Below the pieces are notes generated by a model. The model was not told where the DNA came from, made no database searches, and saw nothing but the letters and a program-made list of their open reading frames with translations. Shown one piece after another: positions 51,351 to 63,809 of a stretch of 64,000 nt of DNA; positions within the stretch are counted from its first letter, which is position 1; each line of letters opens with the position of its first letter. The position numbers and the translations under genes were made by a program. This DNA is from Malacoraja senta (taxonomy: Eukaryota): NCBI GenBank assembly GCA_038087875.1, contig CM075992.1, positions 10,418,001-10,482,000 of the forward strand, given 5' to 3'.

Positions 51351-53016
51351 GAGGAGAGGTCCCAGGATGAGAGGGGTGGAGGGGGGGGGCGTACAAGAGA
51401 GAGAGATAGAGAGGGGGGGAGGGGCAGAGGAGGTGGGGTGGAAGGAAGGTCAGCGCTCCTCGGACAACATCGCCCCGCTGCCTTGGCCGTCCCTGTCCAA
51501 AGCCTAAGTGCCGCCGCCTCCTCTGACAGGAAGGTGCGGGGCCGAGCGGTGCAGCTCAAATATGCTATAGCTGTAGGATATTTGGTACAGCTGCTTCAGA
51601 CGGCGGAAGAAGACCTCCCTCTCCCTCCCTCCTCCCGGCCTCGGCGTGCGAGAGGGGGTGGTTTGAAAGCGCCGTTAGCGAAGTTGCAAGCAGCGGCCGT
51701 TATCAGTGCGATAGGAGCCGCTGATAGCAAATCCGCAAAAGGCGCTTTCAAAACAAACCCTCTCGCACGCCGAGTCCGGGAGGAGGGAGGGAGGGAGGGA
51801 GAGGGAGGCCTCCTTCCGCCGGGCGGAGTGCGGGAGGAGGAGGCGGTGGAGTCGCTGGCGCGGCCGCTGTTCGGGGCCCGTCATTCGCCCCGACCCTTCG
51901 TCACCACGCACCTAGTATCTTTGACCCGCAATCAAAGATACTAGAGGAATACAGCTGCCGACACAAAACGCCAGTTCCTATTCGCCGGAGATGCTGCCTG
52001 ACCCGCGGAGTTACTCCAGTTTTTTGCGTCTACCGGTATAAACCAGTATCTTGTTGCCAAGCCGGGCAAAATGTGTCCGCGTTTATGTTGCCCGGGGGCA
52101 CTTTCTCTGGTCAATGGCACCCGGGCATCCGCTAATTTCGAGCCCTGCTTTATAATTTGCCATTAAGCATGCTGTCAGTTCTCCCACTTGCACAGCTGCA
52201 TCACATATATTACATTGCCAATTAGTCTAATGAATAGAAAGCTGCTTTACAACCTCACGGCAGTTCCAGGTTTCTATTGACTCCAATCTGTTGCCCAGGG
52301 CGGAGTCACAGGCCAACTAATAGCCGAAGGCAAACCCCAATGACCAACTAGTCCATTTGATAACAACTTAATTTTAACTGGATAGAGGAGCCCAATTTCT
52401 CAAATATGGTTTGAGACTGAAAAAGTGGATTTTAGCAAAATACAACATCAAAATATCATCCAGTCAATACATAACAAGTGTTTTTTTAAACTCTGAGTAG
52501 TCCTCTTTGAATGATTTATTGTCATCATACTGTTATATTGGTTCATCATAGCAATGCCTCCAAATCTCCGATGCTCACTGTAAATGGAAACAGCCTATGA
52601 AATCAGTTGTTAATCAGCCATCTTTCATAATGAACAGGCCACTCCTGCCATCATTTCATGTCTGTCCTGAACGGCAACTCTGGCACGATTCCCGAGCCTG
52701 TCTTGCAAGACAAACCTGGCCACAATACTCAGCCTGTCCGATAATTCTTTTTTTTTTAATAATATTTTTATTAGAAGCAGGTACCTATCATATTGAAAAC
52801 ATTTCATGTATATCATTCCTACATTACTAATATTATCGATTGATATTAACTCTGCTTCTAGTATTTTTTTTATATATAGGTAACAAATAAGAGAATAACA
52901 GACAGGGAAGAAAAGGGATGATAAAGAAGAATGGAATAAATTACTAAAAGTACAACGTTGGAGATATATTCGTACATTTTAAAATATAACTTTTCATCTA
53001 ATCCTTTATTCGTGTT

Positions 53017-56000
53017 TCAGTCAGGTTCTCGTGCCGAACCAGTCTGTCCCTTCAAATAGTCAATAAATGGAGACAATGTTCTCATAAAAAGTTCTTGTTT
53101 GTCCATTAAGACAAGTCTAATTTTTTCCAAATGTAAGGTCTCCGACATTTCCATAATCCTCATTTTAATTGTGGGGGTTATAGGACATTTCCAAAATTTT
53201 ATTATTAATTTTTTCCAGCTATTATACTACAGTCGATGAAGTTTCTTTGAGTTGTTGTAAGTGTTATACTCTGTTCTAATATTCCTAGTAGTATTAATTT
53301 TAAATCAGGATCCAATTGAGTGTTGACAACTATAGATATTAATCTAAAAATGTCTGTCCAAAAGTTTTTGATTTTTTACAATTCGCGAATGTACGAGTTA
53401 GGTTAGCATCTAAATGTTGACATTCATCACAGATAGGGGAGATTTGTGGGGTGATTCTGTTTAGTTTTGTTTTCGAATAATGTAATCTATGTAGTACTTT
53501 AAATTCGATTAAAGAGTGTCTGGCATTTAATGAACATTCATGTATATGTTGTAAACTTTCATCCCAAGTATCTTTCGTTATTGCTTGGCTAAGTTCATTT
53601 CCCCATGTTTGCCTATATAAATCCGTCGATGGTATCTCATTATCTAATAGGATGTTATATATATGAGATATGAATTTTTCTGTATTAGGGTGTTTATTCA
53701 AACAATCATCAAGGATTTCAGGATCTCTAGTTCTAAAGCTTTGAGTGTTTGATTTAACATAATTTCTAAGTTGTAGATATCTGAAAAAATCGTTTGAATG
53801 GAGTCCATAAGTCTATTGTAGCTCCTGAAATGAAAGAAAGATGCCTTTCTTATAAAGTTGTCCCATCTTTTTAATTCCATAATTTTCCATTGTATGAAAC
53901 CTTTATCCAACCTAGAAGGTTTAAATGAAGGGTTATTCGCGATGGGAAGAAAGAGTGATAAATTATCCAATTTTAAGGTCTTTTTTAATTGTTTCCGAAT
54001 TCGCATACCACTGTATATTATAGGATTTTCCCTGTAAATTGTTTTATTCAATTTTGAGGTAGCAAACGGTATCGAACCAATTTCAAAGGGTAAACAATAT
54101 TCCTTTTCCATCTCTAACCAATCTGGCTGGTGGTCCATTTCTTCCAGCCAAAAATTCGTATTTTTAATATTAACTGCCCAAATATAAAACAAGCAATTAG
54201 GTAAAGCTAATCCTCCATTTATCTTTGATTTGCACAAATGTTTTTTGATTATCCTATGATTCTTATAATCCCAGATAAAATCACGGATGATGGAATCCAA
54301 CATTTTAAAGACGTTTTTGGGCAGATATATCGGCATTGATTGAAAGAGGTATAATATTTGCGGTAGAAAAATCATTTTTATGGCATTAATTTTACCAAAC
54401 ATTGAAATATGAAATGTTTCCAATACTGAATATTCTTATGTAGTTTATTCAGTAAAGGGGGGAAATTTAATTTAAATAATGAGGCATATGTCGTAGTGTC
54501 ATAAATTCCTAGATATTTAAATTTTTCATTAACTATTTTAAACGGGAATTGTTGTATTATGTGTAGATTATGTTCCGTTATTGGCATAATTTCACTTTTA
54601 TTCCAATTAATTCTGTATCCGGAAAGCAAACCAAATTGAGTTATTACATTTAATAAGTTTGGAATACTAATTTCTGGTTTTGTAATGTAAATTAATATAT
54701 CGTCTGCGTATAAAGAAATTGTGTTCACTGTGTCTTTAGTATTATACCCGTGTATTTCCGGATGGGTCCTAACTCTTTCAGCAAGTGGCTCAATAGCGAG
54801 TGCAAATATTATCGGAGATAGCGGGCATCCTTGCCTACAGCCTCTAGATAAATTACATTTAGTTGATAACATTTGATTTGTTAATATTCTAGCTGTTGGG
54901 TTAGTATATAAAAGTTTTACCCATGTACAGAACTTCTCATCCAATTGAAATTTTTCCATCACCGAAAATAAATAGGGCCATTCAACCTGATCAAATGATT
55001 TCTCAGCATCTATCGAGATTATTGCTAGGTCCACGTTAGTGATTCTCTTTGAGTATATTATATTAAATAATCGTCTCAAATTATAAGATGAATACCGTTT
55101 CGGGATAAAAACCTGTTTGGTCAGGATGTATTAATTTATTCATCACTGTACTTAATCTGTGTGCTAGGATTTTAGTTAATATTTTCTGATCGGTATTTAA
55201 AAGGGCAATTGCTCTGTATTAGCCTGGGTCTTCAGGATCCTTATCCGCTTTTGGTATGTGTTATTATAGATTCGTTTAAAGTTTCTGGCAGTTTCTGTTG
55301 AATGTAAGTGTACTCATACAGTGTATGTAGGCGTGGAGAGACCAAGTCATATATTTTTAAATAAAATACAGAACCTATACCATCTGCGCCGGCTGCTTTG
55401 CCGTTTTTTAAAGATCTAATAGACTCTTCAATATCTTTTACCGTAATTTCATCTTCTATTAATTCTCTGTCTTTTGAGTCTAAACCTTTTAGATTGCATT
55501 TTTGTAAGAATGCTACTATTCCTTCCGGCTGTTCTATAGTTTTAGCTGAGTAAAGATTTTGATAATATTGCAGAAATCTCTCATTTATATCCTTGGGCAG
55601 TATTAATAATTCTCCCGTGTCTGATCTAATTTTGTGGATTGTATTTTTCCCCCTCCATTTTCGAAGCTGACGAGCTATGAGTTTTTTTGGTTTGTCTCCG
55701 AATTCAAAATGTAATTGTTTAGTAGGCTGGTAGAGTTTTATTACTTGTTCTGAATATAGTTTATTTAATTTATATTTCAATACAGCAATTTTATTATGTT
55801 TTATCGTAGGTGGCGCAGCCGCATTTTCTATATCTAATTGCTTTATTTCCCTTTCCAGTATCTGTTGCTTAACCCGGTTCTCTTTATTATAAAATGCTTG
55901 CGAGGAAATTAATGCTCTTCGTACAAATGCTTTAAATGTTTCCCAAAGAAGGGAGGCAGGTGTTCCAGTGTGGTCATTAGTCTAAACAAATATATTAATC

Positions 56001-56831
56001 TGTTTAGTAAGATATTCCTGACATGCTTTTCATTTAAAATTTGGGGGTTAAGTCTCCAATGTGTTTGTTTCTCGGCCATTCCATTTAATTTAATCGTAAA
56101 TGTTAAAAGTGCATGGTCTGAAATTATAATATTATGATATTTCGAATTGTAGTTAAATGGGATGAGCATAGAGTCTGCTAAAAATAGTCTATTCTTGAGT
56201 AGGTTTTATTTACCGGTGAGTAAAATGAATATTCTCGTCCGGTTGGATTTTCGATTCTCCAGACATCCTTAATATTAGTGGTATTAATAAATGAGTTTAG
56301 AAATTCACTTGACTGAGATTTCACTTTTCTATGTCTTGATGATCTGTCTAAATAAAGATCTTGTGTACAATTTAAATCTCCTCCAATTATTAATTTGTAT
56401 TGTGTGAATTCTGGGATTGTATTGAATGTTTTCTTGAAAAACATGGGGCTATCAAAATTAGGTCCTTAAACATTAAGAAGAATAACTTTTTTTTGCATTT
56501 AGCTCTCCAACTAATACAATATATCTACCATCGTTGTCCGCTATAGTTGATGTACTGTATGTTTAAAAGGTATCCCTTTACGGATTAATATTGCGACTCC
56601 CCTGGATTGATCTGAGAATGAGGAATGATACGTTTCAGCAATCCATTTTGCTTTCAGTCTATGTTGTGATTCCATTGTAAGGTGGGTTTCTTGAAGGAAT
56701 ATTATGTCTGTCTTAAGTGATTTTAAATGTGCTAAAACGTTACCTCTCTTGATTGGTTCATTAATTCCCTTAACATTCCAACTACAAAAAGTTATTCCTT
56801 CACCCCCAAATGTCATATTAACGTCTTGCAT
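53017..56831 (-). pseudogene. L1-D ORF2, decayed
   Basis: Same endonuclease and RT motifs as L1-A/B, with multiple stops and frameshifts. Confidence 0.95.
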
Positions 56832-57859
56832 ATTATTTCTAGGGTGGTCTGTTAAAGAGCAGATGGTACAACACACAAAACCTGACCTTACACCCCAACA
56901 TCAGATAGATGAATTTTAAATCTCGTAAATCGTTCTTCTGTGTATATCTCCTTGAATTAAACTTATGATTCCATTCAAACTTAAAATTATAATAAAGTTT
57001 AAAATAAGAAAAGTAATAAAGTAGATGATTAGTAAAGTGCGAAAGAAAGAAAAAAAACTACATCTATACTTTGTGTAGTTACTGTTAGCCACACTATTTT
57101 GGCTAGCATTCTAAAGACTTCCGTACCTTTTGTCAAAAAAAAATACTAGCTCCGTGCCTTCCATTAAAAAAATGATTCAATAACACAATTTCTTGGGGAG
57201 TAAGAAAACATGTTTAAACCAAAGAATTTCATAATCCGTTAATAAGAAAAGTTATTATTCTCAAATTACCATATTAATCTCATATTTATGTATATATTTT
57301 TGTAATCTAAAAATAAAGAGGAAAACCCCAAACCTTATTAATAAATGGCCTAAATTAAATCTTACTGATAGACATATTTCATATAATCATATAATCATAT
57401 TTTAACTGTTTCTACATAAACCAATTAATGTTAGTTATTAATCGTTTGTAATAGTCATTAGTAATGATGGATGTTTATAAATGTTATAAATGTTAATAAT
57501 AATAGTGATATTTAATAATTATTAATAATTAACTACAATATTAAAATATAAATGTAATATATTAGTTATGTAATTAGTAATAATCAGTAATTAGTAACAA
57601 TTAACAATAATACTAAGGTATAATTGTAATGTATCAATTTCACTAGAAAGAAAATTGCTCCACTGTCCTTATCAATTTTCAGTAGTCCTTGAGAGTATAA
57701 CAACTTCCGGTGGCGCTATTGAGGCATAGAGACCAGCGCCTACTAGCTCCGTGCTGAGAAATTAGCTAAATCGGGGAGAAAATCGCGACCTACCTGTGGC
57801 GACTGCACCGGCTGCCTTCAACGAGAGTGTGACGTCATCAGGCACGCGACTCTAGCGGT

Positions 57860-59163
57860 ATGTCTAAGTCAAAAAAGACCGGTAAGTCCAGACCACCGTC
57901 AGAAGAGGTAGGCCCAACTGAAGCCTCCGGCTCAATTACAACGATGTCCCAGGAAGATGTATCAAAGAAACCAAAGCCAAAAAATTCGATTAAAAGTGTC
58001 TGGCATTTAATGAACATTCATGTATATGTTGTAAACTTTCATCCCAAGTATCTTTCGTTATTGCTTGGCTAAGTTCATTTCCCCATGTTTGCCTATATAA
58101 ATCCGTCGATGGTATCTCATTATCTAATAGGATGTTATATATATGAGATATGAATTTTTCTGTATTAGGGTGTTTATTCAAACAATCATCAAGGATTTCA
58201 GGATCTCTAGTTCTAAAGCTTTGAGTGTTTGATTTAACATAATTTCTAAGTTGTAGATTCAGAATTGGAAGATCTTCGAAGTTTTCTCTCCCTAGAAATT
58301 AAAAATATACAAGAGCAACTCAAAGATTTTAATGAAAAATTGAACCTTAAAGAGGAATTCAACTCTTTTAAAGAAGAATTTAAAGAAGAAATTACCAACA
58401 CTGTTCACGACATATTTGAAGCTTGGAAGCTGACTATGGAAGAAAGTTTCAATGATCAAATGGAAGAGGTAAATGTTAAAATAAATTCGATGGAAACCAG
58501 CTTTAATGATGTTGGACCCCATCAATCAGACATTGGAACAACAAACTACAGCAATAACCGAGCTAGATAAATTTGCTGCGACTAGTGCTGAAACTACAAA
58601 AACGACTCCTAATCGAGAATCAACGCTTATCAGAAATGCTGAGTAAATTAAATGAAAAATGCATTGATTTGGAGGGGCGCCAGAGACGCCAGAACTTAAA
58701 AATTGCAGGTGTCAAACAAGGAAGAGAGAGGGGTCGTGACCCCCGGGAATTTGCGGCAGACTTATTACAAAAAGCCTTAAAGCTGGATCAAAAGCCTTTA
58801 CTAGGTCGAGCACATAGAGCGCTGGGGCGCCGTCCACGGGATGATGCCCACCCAGGGCAATTGATAGTAAAGGTACAAGACGATCACGAACTGGATGACA
58901 TGATGAAGAAAATTGTCCGTAACAGAGAACTCACTTTTGCAGGAGAGAGGATCAGCATCTACCGAAATTATCCAGTGGAAGTCTTTAAGAAGAGAGCGCT
59001 GTTTACAGTAACACGAAGAATACTGAAGAACATACCAAATTTGAGATATGGCATGATGTATCCCGCAACATTAAGAGTCACCTACAATGAGACGGAGCAA
59101 CTCTTCACAGACCATGAAAAGCACGAATTCGCCAAGAAAATCGTGAAAGTGACCAGAGACTAA
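57860..59163 (+). pseudogene. L1-D ORF1 (coiled coil, RRM, CTD), interrupted at 57989-58255
   Basis: MSKSKK start, a coiled-coil-like heptad region, DLEGRQRRQNLKI, RAHRA, YPATLRV. Confidence 0.93.
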
Positions 59164-61440
59164 ACAATCCACATCATTCTACAGACGTCAACGAGCAGCG
59201 CGACCTCGTAGAGTACTTAAAGGAACTTTAAATTGTTATACTTAAGCCTGTCCGATAATTCTTACCTGTCCCAAAACAGTCTGGCCATAATTCTGAGCCT
59301 GACTCAAAAGATAATTCTTGCCACAATTCTGAACCTGCCTTCAAAAACAATTCTGCCCATATTTCCGAGCCTGTCTCGAAGGCAATCCTGGCTAAAATAC
59401 TGTGCCTGCCTCAACACAATTCTGGCCCAATTCCAACCTGCTTGGAATGCGAGTAATGTCCAGTTTTACATGGTTAAATGCCTCTGAGTAGATGACAATG
59501 TCTTAATCATTTGTGTATTGTACAACCAAGTTTAAATCTTACCAACTTGTAAGTTTCCTTAGTTGTAGAGTATAACTGGTAGAGTGCGTAGACCCTCTGG
59601 CCAACTTTCATGCTGCCTCCAGCTTCAGTGAACCGCTTACTAATGAAGTCGTAGGGTGCATTGTCACCGGAACTATGAAGCCTTGCTCATCGTTGGCCTT
59701 AATTGGTCCAACAGCTTGTGCTTCGTCCTCCAGGTTTTGCCTGTTGAATAGGTCTTACCTGAATAGAAGCTTCGGTGGCTGGCTAACGTTCTCTGATAGC
59801 GGTGTTCACTGCATTGTGTTGGGATGGCAACCTTGCTGCCAGGAATGGTACCTCTGACACGTGCCCTTTATCCCTTGGGGTATGCTCCACGGCTAAATCC
59901 TCAGACTCGGCGTCAGATTTACACTAACCCGACATGTTCTCCTCCTCCATAAGGGAGACATTAAGCAGCCCTGTTACAAGGCGCTGCTGGCGCGGCCTCT
60001 CCAATAGGCCCACCCTTCAGTGACAGATCAAAACTGCCCCGGTAAGCTCACCTCCTCCATTGAGGGAGACATTATGCAGCCCTTCTACAGGTGATGTTGC
60101 CATACATTAAGCAGCCCTATTACAAAGCGCTGCTGGCGCGGGCTCTCCCATAGGCCGGCACTGCCATAGATGCGGCATCCCCATTAAGCAGCCCTGTTAA
60201 AAGGCGCTGCTGACGCGGGCTCGCCCATATGCCCAACACTGCCGCAGACTCTCCCATATGCCCAACACTTCCGCAGACTCGGTATCCCCATAGAGCAGCC
60301 CTGTCCAAGGCGCTGCTGGCGCTCACCCAACTCCTGCTGTTGGAGTGTATCTAGATGGAGCCTCCTCTCCATTAGGGCTCTCTCTTGGCCAACCTGCCAA
60401 TTTATTCTTATTACCGGCCCCGGGCTGACCATTTTGGTCGGTTAACCCCATATCTTGGAGATCACTGCGGTCTGGGCACCGCATTGCTGCTGCATTTACC
60501 CCCGGGAATCCAAGTGTCTATCTGCATACGGGAGGAAAAACCTACCGCCACCAGGGCTGACCGTTCCGGTCCGTTTAACCCCTATCCTGGGGACCCCTGC
60601 GGTCTGGGAGCCGCATTACAGCTGGATTTCCCTTCCACGGGAACCCCTGCGTCTTTAAACATATCGGAGGGAAAACCCTCCCGACACCCGGTCTTCTGGC
60701 TGTCCCCTCCCCGGGAACCCCAGCATCTATATTCATATTGGAAGGAAACCCTCCAGGCACCCGGTCTGCTCGACGTCCCCACCCGTGAACCCCAGCATCT
60801 ATCTGCCAAATGAGGGAAACCCTCCCGGCATCCGGAGCGCCGGGAAGTCACTGATCACCTTGTCAGTGACTGAATTCACGAAAGCCGACATTCCACAGTT
60901 GCCCGCTTCAGCGGTCTGAACCGGGATTTCCTCACAGCCCACAGCTGGTTCCCTCGTGGGCCCTCGCGAAGCATGCGGCAGGAAAAACCCTGCAACAAGA
61001 GGTTCCTGCAAAGAAACAAAACAGGTAAGAAATACAACCTTACCTGAAGTTTAAACTTACACTCTGCTGGTCCAACCGGCCGCCTGCACCAATGTGTCTG
61101 ACGTAATGACGCACGTGCGGCTGTACGGGATTCATCACGTAGTGACTCACGTGACTCCGAAGTGAAATCCTTATTCTTTGCTCACACATAATCCTGATCT
61201 CCAGGTTTAAGTGGGTGCGTAATTCTTTCTCTCAGAGGGACCTGTCGAGCTTACCTTTCTCATAAACAACTATTTCTCACATGGCTTGAGCATATCTTAA
61301 GGATTTATCATCATTACTGATTAGAGCTACCTTCTTTCTCAGGGCACGCATCACTATGGCATGGCGTCTGGCCACAACAAATTATTCAGCTGGCATACTT
61401 TGCCTCAAGTAGCTTTTATCTCTCCATTTACTCTTTCTAC

Positions 61441-62265
61441 TGGAAGATGGCGGATGTGCAGGAGTGGGCGCCGTTTGTATGGCCGCCTGCCTGCAGTCCT
61501 CTAACTATTTTATTGTCTAAAACGGATTTTTTTGTCTATTCTTTCTATGTGGGGTATGGGGGGTGGGGGGGGGGGGTGTGGACTGTTTTAACCCCAGTCC
61601 TACCTGGTCGGAGATGCGGTTTTCCTCTAAATCGCGTCTCCGGTCTCCCCATGCGGCCTTCCATCGGTCTGGAGCGGCATTTCCTTCCGGGGACCACAGC
61701 TTCGGCGGCACAGCGCTGGGACACCAACAAGGAGCGGGCGATGCCTTGCCGGGTCGCCGCTCCGCAGTGCTGTGACCGCCGACCACCAACATCGAGCAGC
61801 CGCGGTCTGCGGTCTGCGGTCTGCGGTATGTGGCCTGCGGTTTGAGGGCATCCCGCCGCGGGCGGGTGGCGCTGGATCAAAAACACCGCGGAGTCGAAGC
61901 TCCAACCGGCGCGGCCTGAGGTCCACGGGCGTCGCTCATCGGCCTGACGTCCACGGGGCCTATACTCATCGGGCTGCCGTTGCGGCGACTGGCTGCTGTG
62001 GCCTCAAACTGGCCCTGACCTCGGGTGGATTAGGAGGAGGAGGAGGACTGGACATTTTAGTGCCTTCCATGACAGTGGAGAGTGGGGATTCTACTGTGGG
62101 GGGGGTGTTCGTGTTGAATCTCTTATAGTGTGTTGTGTCAATTTTTTTTGTACCTCTTTTTATTATTGTTATGGATAATTTTCTCTGTAAAGCACTTTGG
62201 CTTTTGATTGAAATCGATTGAAAAGTGCTATATAAATACATTTAATTTACTTTACTTTACTTTAC
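61441..62265 (+). mobile_element. GC-rich non-autonomous retroelement S5 (apparently full length), (TTTAC)n tail
   Basis: Head GGAAGATGGCGG and L2-like tail. Partial copies lie at 26883-27325 and 63810-64000. Confidence 0.85.
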
Positions 62266-63179
62266 AATCCCTGCAGGCTGTGTTTGAGTTAAAGCCTTCG
62301 TCAAGTTCTGAACTATTTTACTGGAGAAATTAGTTCCTCTGTCACTGATTATTCCCATTCGTATCCCTAATATAGGTATTATTTACTTTATTAAAATATT
62401 GACTACCGTCCTTGCATCATTCCTCCATGTGAGATGTGCTTCCACCTATCTAGAGAACATATCAACTATGACCAGAATTTGGTAAAAATCCTTTGTTGCT
62501 TACATATGTACAAAATCAATTTGCAAATTCTCAAAAGGCATTTCAGGTTGTGGTAGGTGATCAAATTTTGCAGGCGTCTTCCCTCTATCATTTTGTTAAC
62601 ACACCAGACATGTTATTTCAACGTTACCAATTACTGTATGACTGATATACCTGGTGCATATCATGGTTGGGACAATGCGTGTGCCATGCCCTTTCCATGT
62701 GAGCCTCTCCATGAGTTAGGCTCTTGAGGTAAACTACCCGATCATCAGGGTGGACACAAACATTGCGGTCTTGATTACACCCTGCTTTGCTCCAGGAATT
62801 ATTTTCCTTAAGTGATACTAGGCTCTGGGCATCATGTAACTGGGTTGCATCAATGCTACTCGGGGGCTTTCTTTGTGTTGCAGACTTAATTTTAACAGCT
62901 TGTAATTGCGGGGTTTGCCTCAGGGGCAATCCGTTTGGCTACATAATACGCCTATCAGTTTCACCTTGAAATACCAACATCCGTTGATATTTGAGCTTCG
63001 CATTAAATAACTGCAATTTGCCGTGGCAATTGAATAGCATCCAATAATTTAAGACCAGTTTATCAAGCAACATATGTTATTTCATGTGGATGTTATGAAT
63101 CCTCTATTTTTCCATAACTTCCCAAAGTCATGTACAACCCCAAACGCACAGCGAGAATCGGTTAGCACCTTTACCCTTT

Positions 63180-63809
63180 ATTTTACTTCGGAGTCACGGG
63201 AGTGACAACTTGAAGACTCCGCCAGCACGCATGCGCATCATATAGTCTATCGCATTGCGCACGACTGGCTGGGGGGTGGGGGAGGGGGAGTGGGGAGCGC
63301 TGCTCCACCAGCGGCCAAACCTGAAGGTAAGTTTTTAAACAGTTTTCCAGGGTACGTTTTGCAGGAATCTCTGTAAGCCTTACAGAGGTCCTGCTAAATT
63401 TCGTGGCGAAGTCCGGATGGGCCGCCGAAGACCCTTTATGGACCGAGGGGGAACCCCAGTCACGGACCACAGGGAATCCCGGTCACGGCCTCGGGGTATC
63501 CCGCCCACGGACCGCGGAACCCGCTACGGAGACCACGGAATGCAGGTAGCGGGCGGCGGTCGAATTCGCCTTTTCGAGTCGCTGGCGGTGGAGCCAGCGG
63601 CTTCAGACTGGTGCCGGTAGCACCCAGGCCACCCGCTTGAGGGTAAGCCACCATTTCACTCTACAGTTGCCGGCTACGGACCACGGGAGGTGGTGGCTGT
63701 CGGGGTCGCACGGTCAGCGACTTCGACTTGGACAGCCCAAAGGGGGCAATCAAACAGAGTCGGAGAGGTCCGGGCAGGACGTGAAAGGTGGTACCGGCCA
63801 GGAGGGTCT
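63180..63809 (+). mobile_element. Left end of a second DIRS-type element
   Basis: ATTTTACTTCGGAGTCACG matches the ICR half at 47563-47581 and the reverse complement of 61150-61168. Confidence 0.75.

Larger units (their letters stand above)
49533..52147. mobile_element. Non-autonomous DNA transposon (hAT-like CAGGG termini) with a 5-bp TSD
   Basis: Ends CAGGGTTCTCGCTTAAC / GCTAATTTCGAGCCCTG, TSD CTTTA (49528-49532 / 52148-52152), and subterminal TTGCC..GGGCA motifs at both ends. Confidence 0.7.
52750..59244 (-). mobile_element. L1-D: apparently full-length L1 with inverted 5'UTR+ORF1 (57704-59244)
   Basis: 19-bp TSD AGCCTGTCCGATAATTCTT (52731-52749 / 59245-59263). ORF2 is on the minus strand; a CpG-rich 5'UTR starting CTTCCGG and ORF1 are on the plus strand. 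Confidence 0.94.
47268..61167 (-). mobile_element. Decayed DIRS-type tyrosine-recombinase retrotransposon carrying nested insertions
   Basis: Right ITR at 47268, ICR at about 47487-47598 complementary to both termini, and left ITR ending at 61167. YR remnant SHSTRAA at about 47925-47945 and an RNase H-like VAY..HMG remnant at about 49180-49225. Confidence 0.85.

Noticed and set aside
29246..59244. A new LINE type with natively divergent ORF1 and ORF2
   Set aside because: B and D have different breakpoints with twin-priming hallmarks, and L1-C is co-oriented.
59960..60830. Spaced repeats (TTAAGCAGCCCTGTTACAAGGCGCTGCTGGCGCGG; GGAAAACCCTCC) as a CRISPR-like array
   Set aside because: They are irregular degenerate repeats inside the DIRS 5' region of a vertebrate-type genome, with no cas genes.
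62624..62929. 101-aa minus-strand ORF as a possible host exon
   Set aside because: No recognisable domain and no convincing splice acceptor.
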